DNA from: Rhizaria sp. SCN 62-66 | Lineage: Eukaryota | Reading direction: 5' to 3' | Length of the DNA stretch: 64,000 bases | NCBI GenBank assembly: GCA_001724265.1 | Contig: MEDY01000108.1 | Span: 1 to 64,000, forward strand | In this document: positions 63,001 through 64,000 of the stretch, one piece after another | How the letters are laid out: each line of letters starts with the position of its first letter | Position numbering within the stretch: position 1 is the stretch's first letter | Translations under genes and position numbers: made by a program | The notes under the pieces: generated by a model | Database searches by the model: none | The model's input: only the letters and a program-made list of their open reading frames with translations | What the model was told of the DNA's origin: nothing

Positions 63001-64000
63001 ACTCGCACTAGCAACATCAGTAATAATTACAGCAACAGCAACAGCAACTCAACTGCTGCTGCTACTACTAATCCTGCTACTGCTGCTTCTCATCCCACTG
63101 CTGCTTCGAATGTATCAACAGCGGCAGCGGCGGCGGCGGCGGCGGCGGCGGCAACTCGATGTGCTTCCTTAGCACCTAACGCCAATAGTTGCCCCCACTG
63201 TCCCTTGTCATTACTTGCCGCGTTAGATGCCGTAGCCCTTGCAGCCGGCGCCACAGCCGCTTTGACTGGGCTCCATCAAGATGCTGAATCTATGCTCGCG
63301 TCGGCAAGCGCTCACAGTCAAAGCCACGGCGGTGGCGGCGGTGGGAGTAATCTTTCTACGGCAGTGCCAGTGGTTGCAGTCAGGGCATTAGCAAGCTCTC
63401 TAGCTGCTGCTAAGGCTGCCACTGCTGAAGGGGTCTTGGCGTTACGCTCCCGCATTGGCTGCGGCGGCAGTGGTCAGAGCCACCACAACAACAACGGTTA
63501 CGGTGATAGTAATAATGATGGTGATTATGGTGTTGGCGGCAATAGTAGCGATGGTGTCTTTGCTTCAGCTCCTTTCCGTAGCCGCTATTCAAACTCATCT
63601 CACAACTCCTCAGTTTCTCCTCATACTGTCACACTCGTGGCGGGCAACGGTGTGTCGATGACTCTCGAAGCACAGCCCTTCATGGCTGTCCCTTCCGCAC
63701 ATGTAAGTGCACATGAAAATGTAAGTGTGGGTCCTACAACACCTGCTGCGAATGTGAGTGCGAGTGTAAGTGCGAGTAATACACTTGCTGCGTCTGCTTC
63801 CCTCGCAGCCTCAACAGGTCTTTCATTCCTTCACGTCTCAACTCCTACAACAACAGCAGCAGCGGCGGCGGCGGCGGCGGCGGCGGCGGCCGCAGAGTGC
63901 GGCTTAACTTCCTGCGCCGGGGCTGACCCAGCCTCCGTCCGCCGCCTCTTAACCGCCGCCGCTACCATGGCGGGGGCGGGGGGCGGTGTAATAGCGGCGG
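60028..64000 (+). CDS. Large polyQ/Ala/Asn low-complexity protein, 3' end beyond the window. Exons 60028-60113, 60297-60531, 60892->64000; in-frame TAG at 62230-62232
   Basis: GTACGC..TAG introns keep the frame. The frame stays open for ~1.77 kb after the TAG, which lies inside a CAA/CAG run. Confidence 0.72.

Overview
Nuclear DNA of an intron-containing microbial eukaryote, with GC-rich exons full of Asn/Gln/Ala/Ser homopolymers and AT-rich introns of about 100-680 bp. I can reconstruct about 15 protein genes: a WW-domain membrane protein, SAM-kinesin-13, a SAM-dependent methyltransferase with an RS/RD tail, a TM protein, an NCL/EF-hand Na+/Ca2+ exchanger, USP5/13, UFM1, CEP78, a NEK kinase, a Crinkler-type P-loop NTPase, mannose-6-phosphate isomerase, DapF, a TPR-JmjC protein, a paraoxonase-like protein and a polyQ protein running off the end. 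There are also 8 tRNA genes. The main result is a variant nuclear genetic code. Eight in-frame TAG codons interrupt five otherwise intact genes, several of them in CAG/CAA glutamine runs, while all 14 complete genes end in TAA (10) or TGA (4). This points to UAG = Gln with UAA and UGA still read as stop. Secondary observations: a strand-independent TAAGTACC / STAAG-N6-CTTAS DNA motif strongly enriched inside exons, a GTACG 5' splice consensus, tRNA-Ala genes with a non-canonical U2:A71 pair, and an unassigned highly structured ~270-nt element next to tRNA-Gly. All of this was read by eye; no searches were run and the taxon is not determined.
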